A stretch of DNA of 32,362 bases, taken from Candidatus Elarobacter sp. (GTDB lineage Bacteria > Vulcanimicrobiota > Vulcanimicrobiia > Vulcanimicrobiales > Vulcanimicrobiaceae). A program made the translations under genes and the position numbers. Under the pieces are notes generated by a model that was given only the letters and a program-made list of their open reading frames with translations, was not told the DNA's origin and made no database searches. The stretch lies in assembly GCA_035488195.1 (NCBI GenBank), contig DATHLL010000226.1:1-32362 (forward strand), given 5' to 3'. The first letter of the stretch is position 1, and the number at the start of each line of letters is the position of its first letter. Below, one piece after another: positions 8,071 to 16,702 of the stretch.

Positions 8071-8829
8071 CTAGGGGCAGGGCGGAGGTCCTACTACCGT
8101 TCCCGCTCCCGGGGTCGGCGTACCGGGGTTGCTCGAGGTGTGGATCAGGAAGGGCAGCAGCGCGGCCAGCGGCAGCAGGTTCACGCCGTGGTGGATCGGC
8201 GGCGGCGGGATCGGAACCGGCGGCGGGGCCGCGGCGACGACCGGCGCGGGCTGCTCGGCGGCGACCGGCGGATACGAGCAGTTCGGATAGGCGGAGCCGA
8301 TCATCCCGGGGCCGCAAGGCTGCGGGGCGGTGACGGCGGCGACGTGCGGGACCGGGAAGTTGCGGACCGCCGCGACGTGCGGGACGCTGCGCCGGATCAC
8401 CGAGAGGTTGCCGCACTTCGCCGGCAGGAAGAGCGCGATGATTTTGTCGCCGGAGTGGAGGTCGACCTCGACGCCCTTCTGGTTCGCCGGGATGATGACG
8501 TCGTGCAGGACGTGGACCTGGCCGCCCGAGGCCCAGGTCATCGCGTCGAGATGGCGCGGGACCGTCACCCAGTTCGGCTTCCCGACCTCGAGCGCGAGGC
8601 GGAACTGCTCGTACTGCTCGCTGGTCAGCCCGAGGTCGGCGCCGGCGCGGCGCATCAGCGCCTCGTTGTGCTTGAAGTTGTACTGGAGCTCGGCGGCGTT
8701 CGTCGACTGACCCATCAGCGGCGCGCGTCCGAGCGTTGCGATCTCGATGGGTTGGGCCATCGCCGGCAGGGTCATCGACAGCACGAGGGCTGCGGCGGCG
8801 ATCGGGCGAGTGATCATGGCGGTGCTCAT
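8071..8829 (-). CDS. Secreted protein with Pro-rich linker and C-terminal hydrophobic segment plus Pro/Gly/Cys tail
   Basis: AAGGAG SD and signal peptide ending 'PAMA-QP'. The globular domain ends 'LFLPAKCGNLSVI', followed by VPHVAAV x2, poly-Pro, 'HHGVNLLPLAALLPFLI' and tail 'HTSSNPGTPTPGAGTVVGPPPCP'. Confidence 0.8.
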   Translation of the reverse strand: MSTAMITRPIAAAALVLSMTLPAMAQPIEIATLGRAPLMGQSTNAAELQYNFKHNEALMRRAGADLGLTSEQYEQFRLALEVGKPNWVTVPRHLDAMTWASGGQVHVLHDVIIPANQKGVEVDLHSGDKIIALFLPAKCGNLSVIRRSVPHVAAVRNFPVPHVAAVTAPQPCGPGMIGSAYPNCSYPPVAAEQPAPVVAAAPPPVPIPPPPIHHGVNLLPLAALLPFLIHTSSNPGTPTPGAGTVVGPPPCP

Positions 8830-8901
8830 CTCCTTACGAGGCTAGATGAGTCATGCCCGCGGCACCTTCCGCCGCGACGTGGCCGCAGTCCCGATGTTGA
8901 C

Positions 8902-8915
8902 GGGACCTTGGTCCC
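8902..8915. promoter_or_regulatory. Palindrome GGGACC-TT-GGTCCC, candidate NarL/DosR-type operator
   Basis: Perfect 6-2-6 palindrome 73 nt upstream of the 8829 start, with an extra GTCCC half-site at 8888-8892. It resembles the DosR box core GGGAC-N4-GTCCC. Confidence 0.4.
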
Positions 8916-8937
8916 CATCCGGGCCGCGAGGGCCCGT

Positions 8938-9771
8938 TCAGTACATCGCCAGGGTGCCGTCGACGCGCGCCTTGTTCACCGAGCGCACGAAGATCCACAG
9001 CGAGAGCGGCATCAGCACGATCGACGCGCCGAGCAGCCAGTACGCATCGCCGGCCACCGCCGAGAGCGGGACGCCGGCGACGGCGGCGCGGAACCCGTTC
9101 AGCGAGTGCGTGATCGGCAGGCACCAGCCGATGATCTGCAGCGCCCACGGCATCTGGCTCAGCGGGAGGTAGACGCCGGCGAACAGGCTCGCGCTCGAGT
9201 ACGAAGCCCACTCCACCGGACCCGTTTTCTTGATCACCATCGAGAGCGCCGCGGCGAGCACGCCGAGCGGCGAGACCGCCGCGACGGTCAGCGCGAGGAA
9301 CGCCAGCGCCGTCCACGGCGCGACGTGGTGCAGGTCGAGGCCCATCAGCGTCGCGACGATCAGGTAGACCGCGGTCTGCAGCGCGGTGAGCGTGAACGAC
9401 CACAGCCCCGAGGAGAGGACGAGGACGGGCAGCGTCGTCGGCGTCGCGAGGACGACCTCGAGCGTCCCGGTGAGCTGACCGTCGCGGATCGCCTCGGCGA
9501 ACGCGGCGAGCGCCGCCGTCTGGAAGCGCACGAACGCGAAGTTGATCGCGACGTACTGGAAGTAGCCCGTCACCTGCCCGGCCGCGCCGAACTTCGCCGA
9601 CGGGTGGATCAGCGAGGAGATGTACCACGCGATGACGACCTCGATCCCGATCGAGAGCCACGAGAGCGCGAAGTTCCCGGGGTAGGAGAGCGCGACGATC
9701 GCGTCGCGCCGGAAGATCGCTCCGACCTTCGCCAGCGGCGAGGCCGGCGCGACGCTAATCGCGGTCGCCAT
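8938..9771 (-). CDS. ABC-2 type transporter permease
   Basis: Six TM segments, 'IRDGQLTGTLEVVLATP' and 'LFAGVYLPLSQMPWALQIIGWCLPITHSLNGFR'; overlaps the ATPase gene. Confidence 0.92.
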   Translation of the reverse strand: MATAISVAPASPLAKVGAIFRRDAIVALSYPGNFALSWLSIGIEVVIAWYISSLIHPSAKFGAAGQVTGYFQYVAINFAFVRFQTAALAAFAEAIRDGQLTGTLEVVLATPTTLPVLVLSSGLWSFTLTALQTAVYLIVATLMGLDLHHVAPWTALAFLALTVAAVSPLGVLAAALSMVIKKTGPVEWASYSSASLFAGVYLPLSQMPWALQIIGWCLPITHSLNGFRAAVAGVPLSAVAGDAYWLLGASIVLMPLSLWIFVRSVNKARVDGTLAMY

Positions 9772-10771
9772 CGCTCGTGACCTTCTTGAAGATGTCGATC
9801 GCCTCGGGATCGATCGGGCGGAAGTCGCGCAGCGAGGCGCCGTGCCACGAGACCGCGCGCATCAGCGCGCCGAGCGCGCCTTCGCGCGGCTCCATCTCGA
9901 CGTGCAGGTCGACGCCGCGCTCGGACTGCGTGACCTCCAGGTTGCGGAAGCCGGGGATGCTGCGGGTCCGCGCCAGCAGGTCGTCGTCGACCTCGGCCAG
10001 CGTCACGCGGTAGCGCGCCACGGCGTCGAGCTCGTGGTCGAGCCCGCGCGGCGGCCCGAGCGCGACGATCCGGCCGTGGTTGACCACCGCGACGCGGTCG
10101 CAGACGCTCCACGCCTCCTCGAGCAGGTTGGTCGCGAGGATCACGGTCTTGCCGGCCTTCTCGACGAGCTCGCGGCGGATCAGGGTCCGCACGTCCTCGG
10201 CGTGGACCGGGTCGACGGCGCGCGTCGGCTCGTCGAAGAACAGCACCGAGGGATCGCCGAGCAGCGCTCGCGCGACGGTCAGCCGGACCCGCATCCCGGA
10301 GGAGAACCCGCCGACCCGGCGGTCGAGATGATGGGTGAGGTCGACGCGCTCGATGCACTCGTCGATCCGCTCGCGCAGCTTCGCCCCCGACAGCCCGACG
10401 AGCGCGCCGAAGAACTCGAGGTTCTGCCGCGCGGTCAGCCGGAAGTAGAACGAGCGCTCGTCGCTCGCGCAGAGCGCGATCCGGCGCTTCGCCTCGAGCG
10501 GCTCGGCGGCGACGTCGATCCCGGCGATCGTCATCCGGCCGCGGTCCGGGACGGTCAGCGTCGCCAACAGCTTCAGCAAGGTCGACTTCCCGGCGCCGTT
10601 GGGGCCCAGCAGCCCGAAGAGCTCGCCGTGCTCGACGCGCAGGTTGACGTCGAAGAGGACCTGGCGGCGGGGGATGCTCTGTCCCGTCAGGGTGCGGAAC
10701 ATCGCCGCGAACCCGTGGACGACGGGAAACGACTTGTCGACGTGCTCCACCGTGAGCATGGCGTCCCTCAT
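9755..10771 (-). CDS. ABC transporter ATP-binding protein with C-terminal extension
   Basis: Walker A 'GPNGAGKST', signature 'FSSGM', Walker B 'LFFDEP'. The H-loop reads 'LATN'. Confidence 0.93.
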   Translation of the reverse strand: MRDAMLTVEHVDKSFPVVHGFAAMFRTLTGQSIPRRQVLFDVNLRVEHGELFGLLGPNGAGKSTLLKLLATLTVPDRGRMTIAGIDVAAEPLEAKRRIALCASDERSFYFRLTARQNLEFFGALVGLSGAKLRERIDECIERVDLTHHLDRRVGGFSSGMRVRLTVARALLGDPSVLFFDEPTRAVDPVHAEDVRTLIRRELVEKAGKTVILATNLLEEAWSVCDRVAVVNHGRIVALGPPRGLDHELDAVARYRVTLAEVDDDLLARTRSIPGFRNLEVTQSERGVDLHVEMEPREGALGALMRAVSWHGASLRDFRPIDPEAIDIFKKVTSDGDRD

Positions 10772-10884
10772 GGCACCTTCCCTGTCCCCCGAACCGCGAC
10801 CGAGCTAACGCGCGCTTCGTGACGGCCGTCGCTTGCTTGCCTCAACCGCATTGAGCGGGCCGTCGGCGGGTAGAGTGCCAGCAG

Positions 10885-12006
10885 ATGCGGGTTTTGCACG
10901 TCATCGCGGACCTCGGGACGTATGGAGCCGAGCGGCTCCTCGCGCTCCTGCTGAACAATCTGCGCGACGGCGATCTCCAGCTGGCCGTGATGACCGTGTA
11001 CTCCTCGCCCGAGGGTGCGGCCTCGTTGACCGTGCCCGTCTTCGACGTCGCCCGGCGCGGCCGGTACGACGTCGGCTTCTTTCCGCGGATGGTCGGGATG
11101 ATGCGGCGCTGGAAGCCCGACATCGTGCACACCCACATGCACAACGGGAAGTACTGGGGCCGCTTCGCCGCGCTGGCCGCCGGCGTCCCGACGATCGTGC
11201 ACACCGAGCACAACAGCGAGTTCGGCGCCCCCGGCGTCTTCCGCCTCGCGAACCGGGTGCTGGTCCCGCGGACCGACGCCGTGATCGCGTTCTCGCCGGT
11301 CCACCGCGACGCGCTCGCCGGCGACGAGGGGATCCCGCTCGAGCGGATCGCCGTGATCCCGAACGGGATCGAGCTCGCACGCCTCCCCGCCGACGCGCGG
11401 GCCCGCGCCCGCGCCGCGCTCGGCGCGAGCGAGGCGGAGCGGCTGCTGGTCCACGTCGGCCGGCTCTCGCCGGTGAAGAACCAGCGGCTCGCCATGGAGA
11501 CGCTGCGGCTCCTCCCCGGCCGGGTCCGGCTGGTCTTCGTCGGCGACGGCCCCGACCGCGCCGCGCTCGAGGCCGCCGCGGCGGAGCTGGGCGTCGCGGA
11601 CCGCACGACGTTCCTGGGCTTCCGCGACGACGCCGCGCTGCTGGTCGCCGGCGCCGACGTCGCGCTGGTCACCTCGCGCAACGAGGCGATGCCGCTGGCG
11701 GTGATCGAGGCGATGGTCGCCGGCGCGCCGCTGGTCTCGACGCCCTGGGCCGGCGCCGCCGCGATGCTCGGCGGCGGCCGCTACGGAATGCTCGCGCGCG
11801 CGGCCACCCCCGAGGCGGTCGCCGACGCCGTCCGCGAGGTCTTCGACCGGCCCGGCGAGGCCGCGGCGCGCGCCGCCGACGCGGCCGAGCACGCCGCCGC
11901 CGAGTTCGACATCGCGACCCAGGCCGCGCGCTACGCCGCGCTCTACCGCGAGCTGAGCGCGCGGACGCGCTCGGCGAACGTCCTCATCACCGCCGAACGG
12001 TCGTAG
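10885..12006 (+). CDS. Glycosyltransferase family 4
   Basis: 'MRVLHVI...GAER', 'PDIVHTH', 'VIPNGI' and EX7E motif 'NEAMPLAVIEAMVAG'. Confidence 0.93.
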   Translation: MRVLHVIADLGTYGAERLLALLLNNLRDGDLQLAVMTVYSSPEGAASLTVPVFDVARRGRYDVGFFPRMVGMMRRWKPDIVHTHMHNGKYWGRFAALAAGVPTIVHTEHNSEFGAPGVFRLANRVLVPRTDAVIAFSPVHRDALAGDEGIPLERIAVIPNGIELARLPADARARARAALGASEAERLLVHVGRLSPVKNQRLAMETLRLLPGRVRLVFVGDGPDRAALEAAAAELGVADRTTFLGFRDDAALLVAGADVALVTSRNEAMPLAVIEAMVAGAPLVSTPWAGAAAMLGGGRYGMLARAATPEAVADAVREVFDRPGEAAARAADAAEHAAAEFDIATQAARYAALYRELSARTRSANVLITAERS

Positions 12007-13145
12007 TTCGCGCGGACGAACGGCGGCCCGTTCGCCCGGAACCGTGCCTGCAACTCCGGATCGGCGAGCAGCCGCCGGACCCCGTCCGCGAGCGCCTGCG
12101 CGTCGTCCGGCGCGACGACCAGCCCGGCGTCGGCGCGCTCGACGACCCGCCGCGCCTCGCCGCCGGCGCTGAGCACGATCGGCGTCCCGGCGACCATCGC
12201 GTCGAACAGCTTGGTCGGGAGCGTGTCGGTGATCGCGGCGCGCAGCGGGACGACCGTCGCGGCGGCGTCGGCGAGCGCGCGCGCCGCTTCGGGCCGCGGG
12301 AGCGGGCCGGTGAAGACGACGTTCGCGAGCCCCTCGGCCGCGACGCGGGCGCGCAGCCCGGCCGCCGCCGTCCCGCCGCCGATCATGACGAACCGGATCG
12401 TCGGGTCGTCGCGCAGCCGCGCCGCGGCGTCGATCACGACGTCGAGCCCCATCGAGAGCCCCATGTTGCCGACGTAGACGACGTCGCGGACGCCGGGGAC
12501 CGGCGGGAGCGCCGGCGCGGCGGCCGGCTCGACCGGGTCGAAGCCGTTCGAGGCCAGGACGACCTTCGCGGCCGGGACGCCGCGGGCGACGATCTCGTCG
12601 CACTGCGGCTGCGTCACCGAGGTCACCATCACGGCGCGCGCGTAGAGCGCGTCGGCGATCCGCCCGACGGCGCGCGCGACCGGCGAGTCCGGCCTCCAGG
12701 CCCCCATCTTCACCGCGACGTCGGGGAAGACGTCGCGGACGTCGACGAAGAGCGGCGCGACGTGCGCGGCCGCCGCCGCGAGCGCCGGGACGGCCAGCGT
12801 GATCGGCGGCGAGGAGACGACGATCGCGTCGAACCGCTCGCGGACGGCGACGATCCGGCGCGCGATCCCGAGCGAGACCGAGGCCCAGTTCAGGATCCGG
12901 TTCCCCGGCGAGGCCGCCGAGGCGTAGGTCCAGACGCGCTCGACCGTGATCCGGCCGTCGGTCTCGAGCGCGTGCGCCCGGCCGCGGTAGGCCTCCGGGA
13001 TCACGCCGTCGGGGAACGAGGGCATCGCGGTGTAGACGCGGACCTCGTCGCCGGCCTCGGCGAAGGCGCGCGCCATCGCGGAGAGCCGGTTCGCCGCGGC
13101 GAGCGGCTCGGGTGGGTAGAACTGCGTGATCAGCGCGACGCGCAC
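11943..13145 (-). CDS. Glycosyltransferase family 4 (WbuB-like), 400 aa
   Basis: GTG 13145 with GGAGG SD. 'RVALITQFYPPE', 'VRDVFPD', 'VVYVGNMGLSMGLD' and 'LPTKLFDAMVAGTPIV'. It is the 3' part of ORF 11943..15332. Confidence 0.9.
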   Translation of the reverse strand: MRVALITQFYPPEPLAAANRLSAMARAFAEAGDEVRVYTAMPSFPDGVIPEAYRGRAHALETDGRITVERVWTYASAASPGNRILNWASVSLGIARRIVAVRERFDAIVVSSPPITLAVPALAAAAAHVAPLFVDVRDVFPDVAVKMGAWRPDSPVARAVGRIADALYARAVMVTSVTQPQCDEIVARGVPAAKVVLASNGFDPVEPAAAPALPPVPGVRDVVYVGNMGLSMGLDVVIDAAARLRDDPTIRFVMIGGGTAAAGLRARVAAEGLANVVFTGPLPRPEAARALADAAATVVPLRAAITDTLPTKLFDAMVAGTPIVLSAGGEARRVVERADAGLVVAPDDAQALADGVRRLLADPELQARFRANGPPFVRANYDRSAVMRTFAERVRALSSR

Positions 13146-13217
13146 CGGGTGCCTCCTTGCTTCTCGACCGTACGTTCCCGTTTTGCGGCGGATACCAGCG
13201 GGCAAGCGGTCCATGGC

Positions 13218-14291
13218 ATGCGCATCGTCTGGGCGGCCGCGTACGGAGGACGGCAACGCGGCGGGTTCATCCCCGCTCTGGAGGCGGTCGCGCGGCGGCT
13301 GATCGCGCGGGGCGATACGCTCGAGGTCGTCGTTCCGGACGTCGGACCGGCATCGTGGCACGACGACGTCCGCGCGCTCGGCGCCGGGCTGCACGTCGTT
13401 CCGGATGGACCGCGCGCCGCGGCCCGCCGCGTCGCCGCGCTGCGCGGCGATGTCGTGCACGCCCACTTCCACGACTGGCTGGTCGGCGTCACGCTCGCCG
13501 TCTGGCCGTCGCGCGCGCGCCTCGTCTGGCACCTGCACTCCGCGTTCCAGACCGCGCCCGGCCCGGTTCGGCCGACGCCGAAGCGGTGGGTGAAGTACGG
13601 GCTGCTCTCCGCCCGCGCCGCTTCGATCGTCTGCGTGACGCGGACGATCGCCGAGGAGGCCGAGGCGCTCGGCGCGCCGGCGCGCAAGCTGCTGGTCGTC
13701 CCGAACGCCGTCGACACCGAGCGGTTCCGCCCGGCGGCGCCGGCCGAGCGCGCGGCGGCGCGGGCGCGGCTCGGCCTGAACGGCCGCCCTGCGGTGGCGT
13801 TCTTCGGGCGCGACCCGCGGATCAAGGGCGCCGACGTCCTCGCCGAGGCGCTCCGCGGGCTCGGCGACGAGCTCGCCGTCGTCGCGGTCGGGACGCCGGA
13901 CGACGCGCTGGCCGAGCTCGGGCGGCACGCCCGCGTCGTCAGCGTCCCGTTCACCGACGACGTCCGCGAGGTGCTGTGGGCGGTCGACGCGCTGGCGCTG
14001 CCCTCGCGCGGCGAGGGGATGCCGTTCGTCGCGCTCGAGGCGCTGGCGTGCGGGCTCGGGATCGCCGCGAGCGACCTGCCCTGGGCCGCCGAGCTGGCCC
14101 GCGAGCACGGCGGCGTGCGGCTGGCGCGCAGCGAGGACGGCGCCGCGCTCGCCGCCGCGCTGCGCGAGACGGTCCGCGCGCCGAAGCCGGAGCCCGCGCC
14201 CGCCGGAGAGCTGGACCGCTGGGCCGAACGGATCGTTCGCGTCTACGACGGCGGCGCGCGCGGCCGCGGGCGCGTTACGGAACGCGCGTAA
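13218..14291 (+). CDS. Glycosyltransferase family 4, 357 aa
   Basis: From ATG 13218: 'DVVHAHF', 'VVPNAVDTERF', 'KGAD' and 'LPSRGEGMPFVALEALACG'. It is the 3' part of ORF 10833..14291. Confidence 0.9.
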   Translation: MRIVWAAAYGGRQRGGFIPALEAVARRLIARGDTLEVVVPDVGPASWHDDVRALGAGLHVVPDGPRAAARRVAALRGDVVHAHFHDWLVGVTLAVWPSRARLVWHLHSAFQTAPGPVRPTPKRWVKYGLLSARAASIVCVTRTIAEEAEALGAPARKLLVVPNAVDTERFRPAAPAERAAARARLGLNGRPAVAFFGRDPRIKGADVLAEALRGLGDELAVVAVGTPDDALAELGRHARVVSVPFTDDVREVLWAVDALALPSRGEGMPFVALEALACGLGIAASDLPWAAELAREHGGVRLARSEDGAALAAALRETVRAPKPEPAPAGELDRWAERIVRVYDGGARGRGRVTERA

Positions 14292-14372
14292 ACGGGGATC
14301 ACGGTGGAGACGAGCATCCGACCGGATGCCGGCGACGAGACGCGCACGACGGGGCGCGGGGAGCACGATCAC

Positions 14373-15449
14373 ATGGATGTGGAGCGTATCGATACGCTCG
14401 AGGAGTTCGACGCCGAGCGCGAGCGCTGGGAGGCGCTGGAGCGGCTCGACCCGCACGCCATGCTGTTCACGAGCTGGAAGTGGCTGCGCTCCTACTTCCC
14501 GGTCTCGCGGCTGCGCTGGTCGGTGCTGGTCGCCCGCGACCGCGGCGAGGCGGTCGCGTACCTGCCGATCGCGCGCAACCGCTCGCCGCTCGACCGCGAG
14601 CTCTACCTGGGCGGGAACCCGGCCGCCGACTACACCGGGATGATCGCGCACCCCGACCGCGCCGAGGCGGCGATCGGGGCCTTCGCCGACGCGCTGATCG
14701 CCGAGCCGTGGGACGGGTTCAACGCCGAGGACGTCGCCGACCCGAACCTCGACACGCTGGTGCGCCGGCTCGCCGCCCGCGGGACGCCGATCACCGCGAC
14801 CGCCGAGACGAAATGCCTCTCGTGCGAGCTCCCCGACTCGTGGGAGACGTACATCACGAAGTGCATCAGCGCGAAGACGCGCGTGAACATGGTGCGCGTC
14901 GAGCGGCGGCTGGCGGAGGCGCTGCCGGACTTCCGGATCAGCGAGCCGACCGACGAGGACGTCGACGCGCACATCGACGCGATGATCGTGGTGAACCACT
15001 CGCGCCAGGGCGGGAACCTCGCGAACGCACGCCGGCGCTACGGGCGGATGTTCCGCAACGCGTACGACCACGGGATCCTGCGCTTGATGATCTACTGGGA
15101 CGGTGAGCGTCCCGTCGCGGGCGGCGCCGCGTTCACCGACCGCGAGCGCGGCTGGTTCGGGCTCTACATGATCGGGTTCGACGAAGCGTACGACAAGCTC
15201 TCGCCCGGGAAGGGGATCGTCGGCCGCGCGATCCGCACCGCGATCGAGTCGGGCTACACGCGCTTCGACTTCATGCGCGGCGCCGAGGACTACAAGGCGC
15301 GCTACGCGCGCGACCTGCTCGTCACGCGGCACTACCGGCTGCGCCGGCCGGGCTTGCGCGCGGCGGCGATCGAACGCGCGCGGCCGCTGATGCTCAGCGC
15401 GAAGCTCGCGCTCGCGAGCCTCGTCTACGGCCCCGGGCGCGAACCCTGA
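14373..15449 (+). CDS. GNAT-fold acyltransferase, CelD/BcsL (Acetyltransf_6) type
   Basis: 'LFTSWKWLRSY', 'ADYTGMI' and 'GFDEAYDKLSPG...AIESGYTRFDFMRGAEDYKARY'. ATG 14373 has a GGGGAG SD; GTG 14304 is also possible. Confidence 0.88.
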   Translation: MDVERIDTLEEFDAERERWEALERLDPHAMLFTSWKWLRSYFPVSRLRWSVLVARDRGEAVAYLPIARNRSPLDRELYLGGNPAADYTGMIAHPDRAEAAIGAFADALIAEPWDGFNAEDVADPNLDTLVRRLAARGTPITATAETKCLSCELPDSWETYITKCISAKTRVNMVRVERRLAEALPDFRISEPTDEDVDAHIDAMIVVNHSRQGGNLANARRRYGRMFRNAYDHGILRLMIYWDGERPVAGGAAFTDRERGWFGLYMIGFDEAYDKLSPGKGIVGRAIRTAIESGYTRFDFMRGAEDYKARYARDLLVTRHYRLRRPGLRAAAIERARPLMLSAKLALASLVYGPGREP

Positions 15450-16702
15450 TCGCCGCGCTCGGCGCGCTGCTGCTCGCGCTCGCCGCTCCGCTCCACGTCC
15501 CGACCTGGTACTACTACGGGCTGGGCGACGTCAACGCGAACGTTCCGGCGACGACGATGGCGCGCTACGCCGACTTCGCCGAGGACGACGCCGCGAACGA
15601 TCCGACCCGGCTGACCGCGTTCAAGCGCGCCGGCGGGCGGTTCGCGGTCGCGTACACCGATCCGGCGTACGCGGCGTACTGCCACCCGCCGTTCACCGCG
15701 CCGGCCGGCCGCTGCGAAGGCCCGGTGGGACGGCTGCTGACCGGGAACGAGGACGCGTTCTTCCACGGCCGCGACGGGACGCGCGTGCGGCGCTTCGTCG
15801 ACAACCATTTCCTGTACCAAGAGGCGCTGAACCCGAAGTCGGCGGCGGCGCGGCGCGCGTGGCGCGCGACCGGCGAAGCGATCCTGCGCGCGGCGCCGCT
15901 GGTCGACTACTTCATGGCCGACGACAGCGGCGGACCGCTGCACGCGCGCGACATGACGCCGCAGAGCTCGCACTTCTACGAGTTCAACGACGCGGGAACG
16001 GAGATCACCGCGGACGAGGAGTTCCGCGACGCGTGGATCGCGTACCTCAGCGCGGCGCCGCGCCCGCTGATCGTCAACGGCTACGATCCGGGGACGGGGC
16101 TGCCGTCGTACGGCGGCGCGATCCTGCGCGCGCCCTTGGTGCACGGCGCGCTGCACGAGAGCTGTTTCCGCACCGAGGAAGGGATCCGCACCGACGTCTA
16201 CGACCGCTGGCGCTTCACCGAGGACTCGCTGCTCGCGAACACCGGGATGCAGCGCTACGCGGTCTGCTTCATGATGGGCCGCCCGACGCCGGCGACGCGC
16301 CTCTACGCGCTCGCGTCGTGGTGGCTGACGTACGACCCGCGCTGGTCGGTCGCCGCGCCGGTCGATCCGGTCCCCGGGCGCTCGGCGATCCTCCCCGAGC
16401 TCGATCTCGTCCCGCTCTCACCGGCGCGCACCGCGACGCAGCACGTCGCCGACCTGCGCACCGAGCGCGGCACGTACGTGCGCGAGTTCGGCGCGTGCTT
16501 CGACGCCGGGCGCGCGATCGGCGAATGCGCCGCGGTGGTGAACCCGACCGCCGCCGACGCGCCGCTGCCGCGGCTCGCCGGCCGCTACGCGCACGCGCTC
16601 GCGCTCGACGACGCCGACGTGCTCTCCGGCGGCCGCGCGCGCTTCACCGCGCCGGTCCCGCGGATCGTCCTCGCGCGCAGCGCGCTGATCCTGGGCCGCT
16701 AG
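15446..16702 (+). CDS. Secreted putative glycoside-hydrolase-like protein, paralog of 17528..19588; probable CTG start
   Basis: The frame upstream of ATG 15557 encodes 'LIAALGALLLALAAPLHVPTWYYYG', matching the paralog's 'HVATWYYYG'. Shared motifs: YTDPAY, QEALNP, DYFxADDSGG, LASWWLTYDP, YVREFGAC, AAVVNP. Confidence 0.75.
   Translation: MIAALGALLLALAAPLHVPTWYYYGLGDVNANVPATTMARYADFAEDDAANDPTRLTAFKRAGGRFAVAYTDPAYAAYCHPPFTAPAGRCEGPVGRLLTGNEDAFFHGRDGTRVRRFVDNHFLYQEALNPKSAAARRAWRATGEAILRAAPLVDYFMADDSGGPLHARDMTPQSSHFYEFNDAGTEITADEEFRDAWIAYLSAAPRPLIVNGYDPGTGLPSYGGAILRAPLVHGALHESCFRTEEGIRTDVYDRWRFTEDSLLANTGMQRYAVCFMMGRPTPATRLYALASWWLTYDPRWSVAAPVDPVPGRSAILPELDLVPLSPARTATQHVADLRTERGTYVREFGACFDAGRAIGECAAVVNPTAADAPLPRLAGRYAHALALDDADVLSGGRARFTAPVPRIVLARSALILGR

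Noticed and set aside
8071-8200. Canonical PEP-CTERM, LPXTG or GlyGly-CTERM signal
   Set aside because: No VPEP, LPXTG or GG motif before the hydrophobic stretch, no terminal basic cluster, and no exosortase or sortase in the window.
8938-10771. RiPP/lasso-peptide cluster around the ABC exporter and S9 peptidase
   Set aside because: No precursor peptide, lasso cyclase, RRE/PqqD or B2 protease is recognisable; the S9 peptidase is 17 kb away and divergent.
10833-15332. Giant ORFs 10833..14291 (+) and 11943..15332 (-) as >1100-aa proteins
   Set aside because: Their 5' parts are shadows of real genes in other frames or strands; GT4 motifs begin only at 13218 and 13145.
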